In this document: positions 1 through 9,672 of the stretch, one piece after another
Position numbering within the stretch: position 1 is the stretch's first letter
Layout: every line of letters starts with the position of its first letter
Assembly (NCBI GenBank): GCA_963674595.2
Contig: CAXXFV010000019.1
Span: 1 to 64,000, forward strand
Direction: 5' to 3'
Origin: a bacterium
Lineage (GTDB): Bacteria > Zhuqueibacterota > Zhuqueibacteria > Residuimicrobiales > Krinioviventaceae
Length of the DNA: 64,000 nucleotides
The notes under the pieces: generated by a model
Database searches by the model: none
Seen by the model: the letters and a program-made list of their open reading frames with translations, nothing else
What the model was told of the DNA's origin: nothing
Program-made: the position numbers and the translations under genes

Positions 1-80
1 CACATCAACCCTGCACGCGACAATTTGGTCCATGCATCCGCATTAAGGTCCCAATGATCAGCAACTTGGTTCAGGTTCAT
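1..80 (-). CDS. 5' end of a CDS running off the left edge; resembles the N-terminus of class I SAM-dependent methyltransferases
   Basis: ATG at 80-78 reads MNLNQVADHWDLNADAWTKLSRAG; the W-D-x-x-A-x-x-W pattern is typical of such N-termini. Only 26 codons are visible. Confidence 0.35.
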   Translation of the reverse strand, partial: MNLNQVADHWDLNADAWTKLSRAGLM

Positions 81-106
81 TTGTTTCTCTTTTCCAAAAT
101 GAGCAA

Positions 107-673
107 TTACAGATCTTTTTCCAGCAGTGAATAAATAACACTGTCTTTAAACTCATTATTAAACAAAAAATTTTCTCTAAAATAGGCTTCCTTTTTGAAT
201 CCGATTTTTTCAAGCAATTTTATGGACGGCAGATTATCCGGATTAACATTGGCCTCAATACTGTGAAGGTGTAATTTCTTAAAACCAAATTCTATCAATT
301 TTGTTGCTGTCTCCTGCATATACCCTTTTCCCCAATAATCCGGGTGCAGGGCGTAGCCAATTTCACCTCGGCAATGTTTTGTATCTATTCGCCAAAACCC
401 AAAGTATCCGATAAAAATATGTATGGATTTTTCAACAATCCCCCAACTTATCGCAGAACCCGCCCTGAATGAGTCAGCAATTGATGTTATTAAATTTTCT
501 GATTCTGAAATTGATTTCATTCCCTCTGTATCCATAAACCGCATAACGTTATTATTTGTACGAATTGCAAATAATGTTTCAGAATCTTTTAAAGTAATCT
601 GACGAAATTTCAGTCTGTCACTTTCTAATTCGGGAAACTGATCAAAAACTCTTTTATTTATGGTAAATTTCAT
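107..673 (-). CDS. GNAT family N-acetyltransferase (RimJ/RimL-like)
   Basis: FPELESDRLKFR N-terminus, EIGYALHPDYWGKGYM acetyl-CoA motif, NLPSIKLLEKIGF. Confidence 0.9.
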   Translation of the reverse strand: MKFTINKRVFDQFPELESDRLKFRQITLKDSETLFAIRTNNNVMRFMDTEGMKSISESENLITSIADSFRAGSAISWGIVEKSIHIFIGYFGFWRIDTKHCRGEIGYALHPDYWGKGYMQETATKLIEFGFKKLHLHSIEANVNPDNLPSIKLLEKIGFKKEAYFRENFLFNNEFKDSVIYSLLEKDL

Positions 674-785
674 TTGTTATTATTCGCCTGATGTTGATAA
701 TAATTTAAATGGCATTAATTTTATTTTCAAATAAAGAATGATTATTGATATTTACAATATTTTTTTTGTCCAGCATCCGGTTTAT

Positions 786-1436
786 TTATTTTGTAATTCC
801 GTTCCCTTGCACACTTTTATTCCGGTTATAGTACCATGGAGAGCCGGAATCCCGTTTAACGTACTTTATATTCTCAGGATTTAATTTATCTTCCTGCCAT
901 TTACCAGGATTGTGGATAATATATTCGGCAATCCTGTAAAATGATTTTTCATTGCGGATAATATGATTATAAAACCGGGATTGCCAGGTAAATTTTGGAT
1001 TGATTGATCTAGCACTTTTTGTGACCCCTATTTTAAAACCACGAATAATTGACGCCAGATTCTGTGATTGTGGTCCGAATTTGTTTTTAGGGATTGTTGC
1101 TGTTGGTAGAGACGCAAAATATTGCGTCTCTACCGCGTGCGTATCAACATTTCTTTCATCATACAGTTTATCAATGATAATAATTCCATGTACAAGATTG
1201 GGCATGATGACAAATTCATTCAATTGAACAAATGGAAAATGTTTGGGAATACCCAACCAACATCGGTCGGCAATCTTGCCGATTTGGGATAATTCCATTT
1301 CACCATCTATTATTTCACCAAAAATACACATCCGATTTTTCATACAAACAGTGACAAAATAAACGGCATTATGTCCATAATCCCAACATGGCAGTCGGGT
1401 TGATTTTATACGATATGTGCCTTTGAATTTGTCCAT
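786..1436 (-). CDS. REP-associated tyrosine (Y1/HUH) transposase, RAYT-like; first His of HUH replaced by Leu
   Basis: RLPCWDY..AVYFVTVC, FVIMPNLVHGII (canonical MPNHxHGII), SIIRGFK, WQSRFYNHIIR, catalytic-Tyr motif YIIHNP. Confidence 0.85.
   Translation of the reverse strand: MDKFKGTYRIKSTRLPCWDYGHNAVYFVTVCMKNRMCIFGEIIDGEMELSQIGKIADRCWLGIPKHFPFVQLNEFVIMPNLVHGIIIIDKLYDERNVDTHAVETQYFASLPTATIPKNKFGPQSQNLASIIRGFKIGVTKSARSINPKFTWQSRFYNHIIRNEKSFYRIAEYIIHNPGKWQEDKLNPENIKYVKRDSGSPWYYNRNKSVQGNGITK
1105..1134. repeat. REP-like perfect palindrome inside the RAYT gene
   Basis: GGTAGAGACGCAA-aata-TTGCGTCTCTACC, 13-bp arms with a GTAG foot; encodes VETQYFASL. Confidence 0.8.
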
Positions 1437-1522
1437 ATATTTTATTTTAACTGATTAATCTTTTAAATGTGCGTAAACATAATTCTTGAAAAAATTGATT
1501 TGCATCAGATGTATCCAACCAT

Positions 1523-2305
1523 TTATCTGAAAAAAATTAGTTCTGTATTTGAAATTGACATATTCCCAAAGGCAAATACAATAGGTATCATTAAAAAACT
1601 TGATATAGACTGACCATTTTTATTTTTTGCTGGTATCCATTTTGTCTTATATACTGCTTTGATTGCCGCTTTATCTAATAATTCACCCTGTGATGACACG
1701 ACTGTATGATTGTCAATTCGACCACTATCACTTATTGCTAAAACCAATTCAACAACTCCCTGCTGTCCTGTTTTTCTGGCTATTTCCGGGTATTCTAAAT
1801 GTTGTTGTATACTTGCAAAACCTCCAACGGGTTGCGGTGGTGTTTCAATGTTCAGTCTTTTTGTTGGAGGATAAATCCTGGCATTAAAGAAAAAATAATG
1901 CAGGAGAAGTGAATAATTTGATATTTGCTGAGAAGCGGTTTGATATTTACGAAATGTTGATCTCCTGATATCTGCAATGACAAGGCTGTCAAAGAGTGAA
2001 TTTGAAGATTTATTAACAATAATTGCATCAACTTTTCCATTTACATTTATCAATGGCTGATATACCCCAAAAGCAATACTGTTTTTATCAAGCAAGGAAT
2101 AGTTGGAAGAATTTTGCAGGTTTAATATACTTTTGTTGATCGTTTCATAATCTTTAAAAACCGGAACATCCATATACAGCTTTTTTAGCGCGTTATAATT
2201 TAAATTATCCTTTGAATAATAGGAATATGTTTTTTGTTGAGTTGCACATTGGTTCCCTATTATTAAAACAGTCAGAATACAAGTTGTAAACAATAATTTT
2301 TTCAT
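1523..2305 (-). CDS. TonB C-terminal domain (energy transducer) protein, likely lipoprotein
   Basis: PQPVGG..LEYPEIARKTGQQGVV..LDKAAIKAV..KWIPA..IPIVF; probable start MKKLL at 2305 with a hydrophobic signal and Cys (ORF track starts at 2386). Confidence 0.75.
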   Translation of the reverse strand: MKKLLFTTCILTVLIIGNQCATQQKTYSYYSKDNLNYNALKKLYMDVPVFKDYETINKSILNLQNSSNYSLLDKNSIAFGVYQPLINVNGKVDAIIVNKSSNSLFDSLVIADIRRSTFRKYQTASQQISNYSLLLHYFFFNARIYPPTKRLNIETPPQPVGGFASIQQHLEYPEIARKTGQQGVVELVLAISDSGRIDNHTVVSSQGELLDKAAIKAVYKTKWIPAKNKNGQSISSFLMIPIVFAFGNMSISNTELIFFR

Positions 2306-2425
2306 AAAAGAACCTGTTGCGTTTATGGTTACCCTGTCTTTTTTTAGTTTCATCAAAATCGATGATTCTTTTCCACTAGTTATCATATTCTTTTGCGGAA
2401 TATATTTAAATTCAATTCGTATCTT

Positions 2426-2824
2426 TTAATTAACCACAATATCGGAATTATTCTTTTTCAACTCATCTATAAATAGATTAAAATTATCAGGTGACACATA
2501 ATACTTTCCATACCTCTTTTTCTCTGTTATTTCTAATCTTTCACAGGACAAAGCATAAGATGACAATAAATTATTAGTTTTTCTAATTTTAAGAATATTT
2601 TGAATGTTTACTCTTTTTCTTAAAATCCAACATTTAATGTAAAGCTCACCATTTTCAATTTTATAGTTTGTACTATTCCAAAGCCAAAATGACAAAAAAA
2701 CACTTGAAACAAAAATAATTAACATTGCTAAAGAATATGAAAAGATTAACCATGTGATTAAAAACAATGGCAGGCACCATATAGCACAAGCATAAACCAA
2801 ATCTTTCCTAGACGAAAAATTCAT
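2426..2824 (-). CDS. Bacterial PH-domain membrane protein
   Basis: Two TM segments, then TNYKIENGELYIKC..ALSCERLEI..YVSPDN..FIDELK; GGAGG RBS before ATG 2824. Confidence 0.7.
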   Translation of the reverse strand: MNFSSRKDLVYACAIWCLPLFLITWLIFSYSLAMLIIFVSSVFLSFWLWNSTNYKIENGELYIKCWILRKRVNIQNILKIRKTNNLLSSYALSCERLEITEKKRYGKYYVSPDNFNLFIDELKKNNSDIVVN

Positions 2825-3181
2825 TTTTACCTCCTGATACAATATTAATTTTATTACTTGCACACAGCGTTTTATTGTATTTTGGAATTAATATATTACT
2901 ATCCCTGATCACATATATAAAATCAATTTCTTTTTTTATATATTATACATCCCGTAATATCTCCTGGAGAACCGGCAAAAGTGTTTCTTTACTGCCCACA
3001 AAATCCCAACCAATCTGTAAACAATCCTTTAGCCGATAATTCATAATACAAAATAAACCACCACCGCACAAGCGGTTTTTGTAAAAATTATAAATACAGG
3101 TTCCATATACCGGTTATCAGGTTGTATGCCCCCAATTATTTGATACTCTATAAAATACAAAAAATACCCCCGAAATTATAT

Positions 3182-5335
3182 TTACCTGTTTCCCAACTTC
3201 AGCATTTTGTTTTTTTGAAAATGTTTTTGCATGTCCTGAGAATCAATAAATTCCCAAAAACTGGTGTCCATTTGCCGCAGGGCCAGCACCATGGTGATCC
3301 ATCCCTGGGTCCAGCCGGTTTCAGTACACCAGGCGCCCCATCCGGCATCGGCGTTGGAGGCCCAGTATTCCCAGCGGTTAAAGTCAAAGGCCCGAAACCA
3401 GGCGCCATGCAGTTCCGGATGGGCAGTGCTGTGTACCTGAATGCGGCACAAGAATTTCGCCAGGCGTTCTTCCGCCTGTTTATAAAAATCGTCACCAGTG
3501 CCCGAGGCGGCTTCATGCAAACCTAAAAACGCAAAATTGGTGGTATATAACAGATCACACACCATGTCGCCGTTTTCCTGAATCAACGGCGCTTCGGTTG
3601 TGCCATAATGAGCGTTGGAAACAGGCGGAAAATACTTGCCATGTCCGGCCTCGCCAATGGCCTCACGAATGGCCCCGGTTTCATGCTGACAGGCCAACAG
3701 GTCCCCGGCAATTTTCTTCAGCCAGGCACGGTGCTCCGGTGTGTCCTCAATTCTCACCAGCCAGGAAAGCGGCAGGAGCATTCTGGCCCGTTCCTGCTGC
3801 ATGCCGTTCGTCCAGGTCCATTCCCCGGGATAAACCTCCATGGTTGACTTGATAGCACTTTTTGCACGATTTAAGAACAGGTCATACCCGGTTTTGTGAT
3901 AGGCCCATAAATAACATGCCCATAAATAGGCCTGATAATGCGGTGCATAGCTGGTTGTTTCTTGTTCAAAATAGTACTGCCAGCCGTGTTTTTCAAGGTC
4001 CGGTTCGTTCAGCCGATTGTGCCGAAATCCACCTGGACCTGTTGTTCGCAGGTTTCCCAGCAAACACTGTAAAATCCGTTCATCCCATTTATCGGTTTCA
4101 AGCGCGGCTGCGGCCGCCAAAACACCCAGTATTCCGCGGGCATTATCATCGCCATAATAAACCTCGTATCCGTCCAGGTCTTTATAATAGTTTGGTACAT
4201 CGTGCCAGCCAAAAAGACCAAAAGCCGGATGATTGACATCAGTACGGTTACCGCCGCTCATCAGGGACCGCGTCATAATATAATCGGTTAACTGAAAGGC
4301 TGTTTGGCGATGTTTTGTGTTTCCGGATACAGAATAAGCCAGTCCCATGGAACCGGCAATTTCAGCATGACAATCAAACCGGCGCCACCAGCGCACCTTT
4401 TGCGATCCATCATAATTTATAGTGGATTGAAATCCTTCAAGCAGCCCTAAACTCCCATCTCCGCAGGGCATATCCGTGGAAATGGCCGGAGCAACCGGTT
4501 CTTTGCCCTGACAGGCATATTTATCATATAAATAAACCCAACTGGAATCAATGAGCATTCTGGAATTATAGACCCAGTCAATACCCATTTCCAAACTCTG
4601 TTTTTCAACATCCTCCGGCAATGGTTCTTTTTTGGTAAATTCCGGGCGAACGCCTGACTGAAAATCAAAAGAGGTAATTTTCAGATTAGGATCGAGCCAT
4701 TGTAAAATAGAAATCCAAATTGTACGCCAGGCCTCGGAAGGCGCATAACGGCCGGTAATAAAGTTACTCAATTTGCTGGTAGCGACAAGAACATCCGAAT
4801 CTTCAAGTTTGAAAAGTAAAGGAATAGTCTCTGTCTCTTCAAGACCGTAAACAGCCCTGTCGAATCCGGCCACACGGGCAAGCACCATCATGGGGTTTTC
4901 AACCTGAAAAGGCAGGTAATGACAGCCGTGGACCATGACAATACGCATGGGCTGCAAAGAATCGCCGAAAAAATCAGAGGTGATAACGCCGCGTTCTATA
5001 CCGGCTTCCATAATGGACGCCTGTTTAAAAGAGGGCAGATTCTCCGGATATTCAATATAAAGTCTGAGTTGTTTTTGCTCAGCCGTTTTAAGCCACTCAT
5101 CTTTGACCGTGACTGTTTTTTGGGGATATTCATCTGCCAACACCAACAGGGCTTGTCCGTTTTCAAGAGTTTTCATAACCTGCAACATATTATCAAATCG
5201 TTGAACAGGTATGGAATTACTGACACAGGTTTGGTACAAATCATTGTCCGGCTGACAAACCATTCCCAGGGGAAAAGTCTTGCCGGGAAAACAAAAAGAC
5301 AATAGAACAATCAGGATAAGAAGCAAAGGTTTCAT
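3182..5335 (-). CDS. Secreted hypothetical protein, probable (alpha/alpha)-barrel six-hairpin glycosidase-like C-terminal domain
   Basis: Signal peptide; Trp/Tyr-rich helical repeats (YGDDNAR, DLLYTTNFA, WCTETGW); fold assignment is inference. Confidence 0.55.
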   Translation of the reverse strand: MKPLLLILIVLLSFCFPGKTFPLGMVCQPDNDLYQTCVSNSIPVQRFDNMLQVMKTLENGQALLVLADEYPQKTVTVKDEWLKTAEQKQLRLYIEYPENLPSFKQASIMEAGIERGVITSDFFGDSLQPMRIVMVHGCHYLPFQVENPMMVLARVAGFDRAVYGLEETETIPLLFKLEDSDVLVATSKLSNFITGRYAPSEAWRTIWISILQWLDPNLKITSFDFQSGVRPEFTKKEPLPEDVEKQSLEMGIDWVYNSRMLIDSSWVYLYDKYACQGKEPVAPAISTDMPCGDGSLGLLEGFQSTINYDGSQKVRWWRRFDCHAEIAGSMGLAYSVSGNTKHRQTAFQLTDYIMTRSLMSGGNRTDVNHPAFGLFGWHDVPNYYKDLDGYEVYYGDDNARGILGVLAAAAALETDKWDERILQCLLGNLRTTGPGGFRHNRLNEPDLEKHGWQYYFEQETTSYAPHYQAYLWACYLWAYHKTGYDLFLNRAKSAIKSTMEVYPGEWTWTNGMQQERARMLLPLSWLVRIEDTPEHRAWLKKIAGDLLACQHETGAIREAIGEAGHGKYFPPVSNAHYGTTEAPLIQENGDMVCDLLYTTNFAFLGLHEAASGTGDDFYKQAEERLAKFLCRIQVHSTAHPELHGAWFRAFDFNRWEYWASNADAGWGAWCTETGWTQGWITMVLALRQMDTSFWEFIDSQDMQKHFQKNKMLKLGNR

Positions 5336-5379
5336 ATAGGGTGTACCATTATTTTAATCATGCAGTTGTCAATAATTTT

Positions 5380-6198
5380 TTATTTCCAGGAATCCAGTTT
5401 TTCAGTGATGAATTGAATGATGTGTTGGTGTTCTTCCTGGCCTTTGTTTTTGATCTCTATCATTTTATCAAAGGCAATATGAACCTCCTGTGTCGGGTCA
5501 AAAGGACCGAAATCACGCAACAAAGAACCCTTGCCCGTTCCCCAGGCATTGGTTTTCAGTGCAATGGGCACAACCGGGACGCCAGCCTTTTTTGCCAGTT
5601 TAACACCAATCGTATTAAACTCATCAGGATTAAATTGAGTGGCCCGGGTCCTTTGAGGAAAGACAATGATACTGGTGCCATCTTGCAGTTTTTGAGTGCC
5701 CTCATTCATAACGATCGCCAGGTCTTCACGCGGATTTGCACGACCGACAACTATGGGGTTACGGCTGATCATCACGTGTTTGAACACGGGAAAGGTAATC
5801 AAACTCTGTTTGACAATAAAAGTCACATCCATGTGCGCTCCGATAAGCATGGGCAGCAGAAAGGTTTCCAGGGTGCTCATGTGGTTCCCGATAAAAACAC
5901 AGGGACGGTCCAATCCACGAATATTATCCAGGCCTTCGATATTAATTCGTGTGCCAACATGTTCAGCGGCCCGAAGGATACCCTGGCTGGCGTGAATCCA
6001 TTCCGGATAGCCGTACAACCCTCTTTTAGCCTTACGGCTCGACCAGACCACAACAGAGACTATTTTTTTATAAAAAACCAGACTCGGAAATTTTTTACTA
6101 CAAAACCCAACTTTTTCAGGTCCATATATGTAACTGGAACCGGGCAATTTATAAGATTCACGTGGACCAACCATTGATATTGACCTTTCTCGTTTCAT
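5380..6198 (-). CDS. Lysophospholipid acyltransferase (PlsC family)
   Basis: FIGNHMSTLE (NHxxxxD/E), IVFPQRTR, VPVVPIA. Confidence 0.85.
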   Translation of the reverse strand: MKRERSISMVGPRESYKLPGSSYIYGPEKVGFCSKKFPSLVFYKKIVSVVVWSSRKAKRGLYGYPEWIHASQGILRAAEHVGTRINIEGLDNIRGLDRPCVFIGNHMSTLETFLLPMLIGAHMDVTFIVKQSLITFPVFKHVMISRNPIVVGRANPREDLAIVMNEGTQKLQDGTSIIVFPQRTRATQFNPDEFNTIGVKLAKKAGVPVVPIALKTNAWGTGKGSLLRDFGPFDPTQEVHIAFDKMIEIKNKGQEEHQHIIQFITEKLDSWK

Positions 6199-6226
6199 TA
6201 AATATTAAACTGTTTGTTATTCAATT

Positions 6227-6889
6227 TTATAAATCCCCGTTTGAATGTTGCCAAAATTTTTGAGCAATTGTAATGACAGATCCGTCCCAAACCAGCATAT
6301 TATCATTTTTAAGCCGGTTCAACATTCTTGAAAGCGTTTCCGGTGTAGCGCCTATGGCGGCAGCAATGTCCTTTTTTGATAAATTGGTAACAATTTTTTG
6401 CTGTTTGCCATATTGCTGCTGTAAAAACAACCGAAAACGGTCATCAACATCGTGTGAGGTTAAATATTTTATCTGATCTGTCAGATAACGCTGTTTCGTC
6501 ATTAACATGCCGATAAAATCCATACGAAAATCTTCGCGCTCCAGCAAACAGGAAATTTGTTGTTTTGGCAGCAACAGAACAACAGCCTCATTAAGCGCCA
6601 TGGCGCCGGCCGGAAATACGGATTTTTCAAACAATATCACCTCTGCAAAAATCTCACCGGGTTTAATTACTTTGATGACTATTTCCCGTCCGTCTTCCGT
6701 GGTTTTATAAATTTGTATATGGCCTTTAACACAAAAAAACATGGAATGCCCATTATCACCCTCAAGGAACAATATTTCCCGCTTTTTCAGTTTTTTGGTC
6801 AGGCAAATATCAGCCAGGGCCTGCATACTGGAATCAGACAGTCTGTTAAAAAAATCAGATTTTTTTATTACTTCTATAATCGGCTGCAT
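6227..6889 (-). CDS. Crp/Fnr family regulator, HcpR-like
   Basis: cNMP-like domain (LFLEGD..GEIFAEV), HTH AAAIGATPETLSRML; divergent from the ferredoxin-hcp genes; AAGGAG RBS before ATG 6889. Confidence 0.9.
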   Translation of the reverse strand: MQPIIEVIKKSDFFNRLSDSSMQALADICLTKKLKKREILFLEGDNGHSMFFCVKGHIQIYKTTEDGREIVIKVIKPGEIFAEVILFEKSVFPAGAMALNEAVVLLLPKQQISCLLEREDFRMDFIGMLMTKQRYLTDQIKYLTSHDVDDRFRLFLQQQYGKQQKIVTNLSKKDIAAAIGATPETLSRMLNRLKNDNMLVWDGSVITIAQKFWQHSNGDL

Positions 6890-6953
6890 ATAAACTCCTT
6901 CAAGACTTAAAATAAGAAAAAAAAACAAAAAAATCATACAATTTCCTGACCCA

Positions 6954-6996
6954 CTTGACTTGAGTCAAGGATTTTCAACCTCATGTCGGCTATATT
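6954..6996 (+). promoter_or_regulatory. Fnr/HcpR-type box plus -10 element (class II activator-dependent promoter)
   Basis: Palindrome CTTGAC-TTGA-GTCAAG at 6954-6969; TATATT at 6991-6996. Confidence 0.7.
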
Positions 6997-7027
6997 GGTG
7001 TGTAAAAAAAAAGTTATGGAGGTTGAT

Positions 7028-7873
7028 ATGAAACGAAATATTATCAATATAGATGAAGAAAAATGTACGGGCTGCGGATTGTGTATACCGGGATGTCCGG
7101 AAGGAGCTATACAGTTAATTGATGGTAAAGCCCGGCTTGTCAGTGATCTGTTTTGTGATGGATTGGGTGCCTGTTTGGGGCACTGCCCGGAAGGCGCGAT
7201 CACAATTGAAGAGCGGGAAGCCGAACCATACAACGAAGCAAAGGTTATGGAAAATATTGTCAAACAGGGTGAAAACACAATTCGGGCACACCTTAAACAT
7301 TTAAAAGACCATAATGAAACCGACTTGCTAAAACAGGCTGTGGATTATTTAAAACAGCACTCTATTCCTGTTCCGCATGAAAAGGAACCGTCTCCTGCTG
7401 TTCACCATCACGGCGGCGGGTGTCCCGGTTCCAGGTCCCAAAGTTTTGTTCAGGCCGCTCCGCCCCAGGCTGCGCAGGAAGGTTCGTTTCCCTCACAATT
7501 AACACACTGGCCTATACAAATGCACCTTATTTCACCACGGGCCCCGCATTATCACAAAACAGATATGGTGCTGGCCGCTGACTGTGTTGCGTTCAGTATG
7601 GGTGATTTTCATAAAAATTATCTCAAAGGCAAAACACTGGCTATTGCATGTCCAAAGCTTGATCATGGCATGGAAATATATGTCGAAAAAATTAAAGCAC
7701 TCATAGATGAAGCCCAAATAAACACACTGACCATTATGATTATGCAAGTGCCGTGCTGTCGCGGATTGCTCTCCCTGGCGCAACAGGCCATGGAACAGGC
7801 GTCGCGTAAAGTACCCTTGAAAATAATTGTTGTCGGTGTTCAGGGAGAAATTTTACAGGAAGAATGGTTCTAA
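7028..7873 (+). CDS. 4Fe-4S dicluster ferredoxin-domain protein (hcp-associated)
   Basis: CTGCGLCIPGCP and CDGLGACLGHCP motifs, GCPGS, ADC, CPKLD, VPCC; GGAGGT RBS before ATG 7028. Confidence 0.9.
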   Translation: MKRNIINIDEEKCTGCGLCIPGCPEGAIQLIDGKARLVSDLFCDGLGACLGHCPEGAITIEEREAEPYNEAKVMENIVKQGENTIRAHLKHLKDHNETDLLKQAVDYLKQHSIPVPHEKEPSPAVHHHGGGCPGSRSQSFVQAAPPQAAQEGSFPSQLTHWPIQMHLISPRAPHYHKTDMVLAADCVAFSMGDFHKNYLKGKTLAIACPKLDHGMEIYVEKIKALIDEAQINTLTIMIMQVPCCRGLLSLAQQAMEQASRKVPLKIIVVGVQGEILQEEWF

Positions 7874-7908
7874 CTCGTTAAAATAAATTCATAAACTGGA
7901 GGATTATC

Positions 7909-9546
7909 ATGTTTTGTAATCAATGCGAGCAAGCGAATAAAGGCGTTGGCTGTGAATCAATCGGAATCTGCGGAAAGAAACCGGAAGTTGCTGCATTGCA
8001 GGATATACTTGTTTTTCAAACAAAAGGTATCGGTTATCTGGCCCATCTGTCTGAACAGGCTGGAATTATTGATGAAGAGACGAATTCATTTACACTCAAG
8101 GCGCTTTTTACAACGGTAACAAATGTGGATTTTGATCCGGACAGAATGCACATGTGGATCAGAGAAGCTGACCGGATAAGAAAAAAATTAACAGACCTAA
8201 TTTTAACAAAAACTCCAAATACAGATATGAGCACCTGGCCGGCCTCTGCACGTTTTAAACCAAATGCTTCCCTGGAAGATTTGGTTCAGGATGCGATTGT
8301 TATAGAAGGGATCAGCTTATTTTCCGGTCCGGTCGATAAAGATGTCCGCTCTTTACAGCAGCTTTTACTCTATGGATTAAAAGGAATGGCAGCTTATGCG
8401 GAACATGCTTATCTGCTGGGAAGTAAAGACCAGGAGATATTTTCATTTTTTAACAAGGCTTTATCTGCTTTGAACGATTCAACACTACAAGTCAAAGACC
8501 TTGTTGATTTGAATATGGAATGCGGAACGATAAATATAAAAACCATGGAATTGCTGGATAACGCCCATACGTCCCGATTCGGACACCCGGAGCCCGTCAA
8601 GGTTTCAACAGCGCTGAAAAAGGGACCCGCAATTATCGTCAGCGGCCATGACTTGCTGGACCTGGAAACATTGTTAAAACAGACAGAAGGAAAAGGAATT
8701 AATATTTACACTCACGGAGAAATGCTGCCGGCACACGGCTATCCGGGATTAAAAAAATATACGCACCTCGTCGGCCATTTTGGTACAGCCTGGCAAAACC
8801 AGCAGCGGGAATTCGACAACATCCCGGCGGCGATCCTGTTCAATACCAATTGTATTCAAAAACCACGGGATTCCTATATGGATCGGGTCTTTACCTGTGA
8901 CCTGGTTGCCTGGCCCGGTGTTCAACATATTGAAAATCGAGATTATTCACCGGTTATAAATAAAGCCCTCGAATTAGGCGGATTTGAAGAAAAGGACGGC
9001 CACAGTTTAATGACGGGATTTGCCCGAAATGCTGTTCTAAGTGTTGCTGACAAGGTTATTGAAGGTGTGAAAAGCGGCGCCATAAAACATTTTCTGCTTG
9101 TGGGCGGATGTGACGGAGCAAAACCGGGACGTAATTATTATACTGAACTTGTGGAAAAAGCACCAAAAGACACCATCATTTTAACACTCGCCTGCGGCAA
9201 GTTTCGTTTTAATGATTTGGAACTTGGTGATATTGGAGGTATTCCGCGATTATTGGATATAGGGCAATGTAATGACGCCTATTCAGCCATCAAAATTGCT
9301 GAAGCCCTGGCAAATGCTTTTGAATGCGGCATTAATGATTTACCGCTTTCACTTGTGCTCTCATGGTATGAACAAAAAGCAGTGGTTATTTTGCTGTCAC
9401 TGTTGTCTTTAGGTATTAAAGGCATTCGGCTTGGACCCAGTCTACCGGCTTTTATCACCCCCAATATTTTGGACTTTTTGGTAAAAAACTTTGACATAAT
9501 GCCAATTGGAACCGTCACGGAAGATTTAAAAGCAATTTTGGGATAA
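7909..9546 (+). CDS. hcp: Hydroxylamine reductase / hybrid-cluster (prismane) protein
   Basis: MFCNQCEQ..GC..IGICGK, SGHDL, YTHGEMLPAHGYP, GGCDG, LACGK, GQCNDAY, LSWYEQKAV. Confidence 0.97.
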   Translation: MFCNQCEQANKGVGCESIGICGKKPEVAALQDILVFQTKGIGYLAHLSEQAGIIDEETNSFTLKALFTTVTNVDFDPDRMHMWIREADRIRKKLTDLILTKTPNTDMSTWPASARFKPNASLEDLVQDAIVIEGISLFSGPVDKDVRSLQQLLLYGLKGMAAYAEHAYLLGSKDQEIFSFFNKALSALNDSTLQVKDLVDLNMECGTINIKTMELLDNAHTSRFGHPEPVKVSTALKKGPAIIVSGHDLLDLETLLKQTEGKGINIYTHGEMLPAHGYPGLKKYTHLVGHFGTAWQNQQREFDNIPAAILFNTNCIQKPRDSYMDRVFTCDLVAWPGVQHIENRDYSPVINKALELGGFEEKDGHSLMTGFARNAVLSVADKVIEGVKSGAIKHFLLVGGCDGAKPGRNYYTELVEKAPKDTIILTLACGKFRFNDLELGDIGGIPRLLDIGQCNDAYSAIKIAEALANAFECGINDLPLSLVLSWYEQKAVVILLSLLSLGIKGIRLGPSLPAFITPNILDFLVKNFDIMPIGTVTEDLKAILG

Positions 9547-9672
9547 TTAAAGGAATGAATAAATAAGGGCTACCGGTTTGTACATACTAAAAACATATAT
9601 TGTTTGTTAACAGTTACATTAATTATATTTACTACCGGCAGCCCTGTTTATATTTAAAACCCCTCATTTCTC

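Noticed and set aside
1-20. Possible frameshift in the edge methyltransferase-like gene (AG-LM versus an expected AGxDV)
   Set aside because: Too close to the window edge to evaluate.
107-2880. Integron-like cassette array (same-strand AT-rich GNAT, TonB and PH genes)
   Set aside because: Only vague core-site-like words upstream of two genes; no paired RYYYAAC/GTTRRRY attC structures and no integrase.
5341-6177. 278-aa + strand ORF and the many other short antisense or alternate-frame ORFs in the track
   Set aside because: They are shadows of well-supported genes, with no recognisable motifs or RBS.
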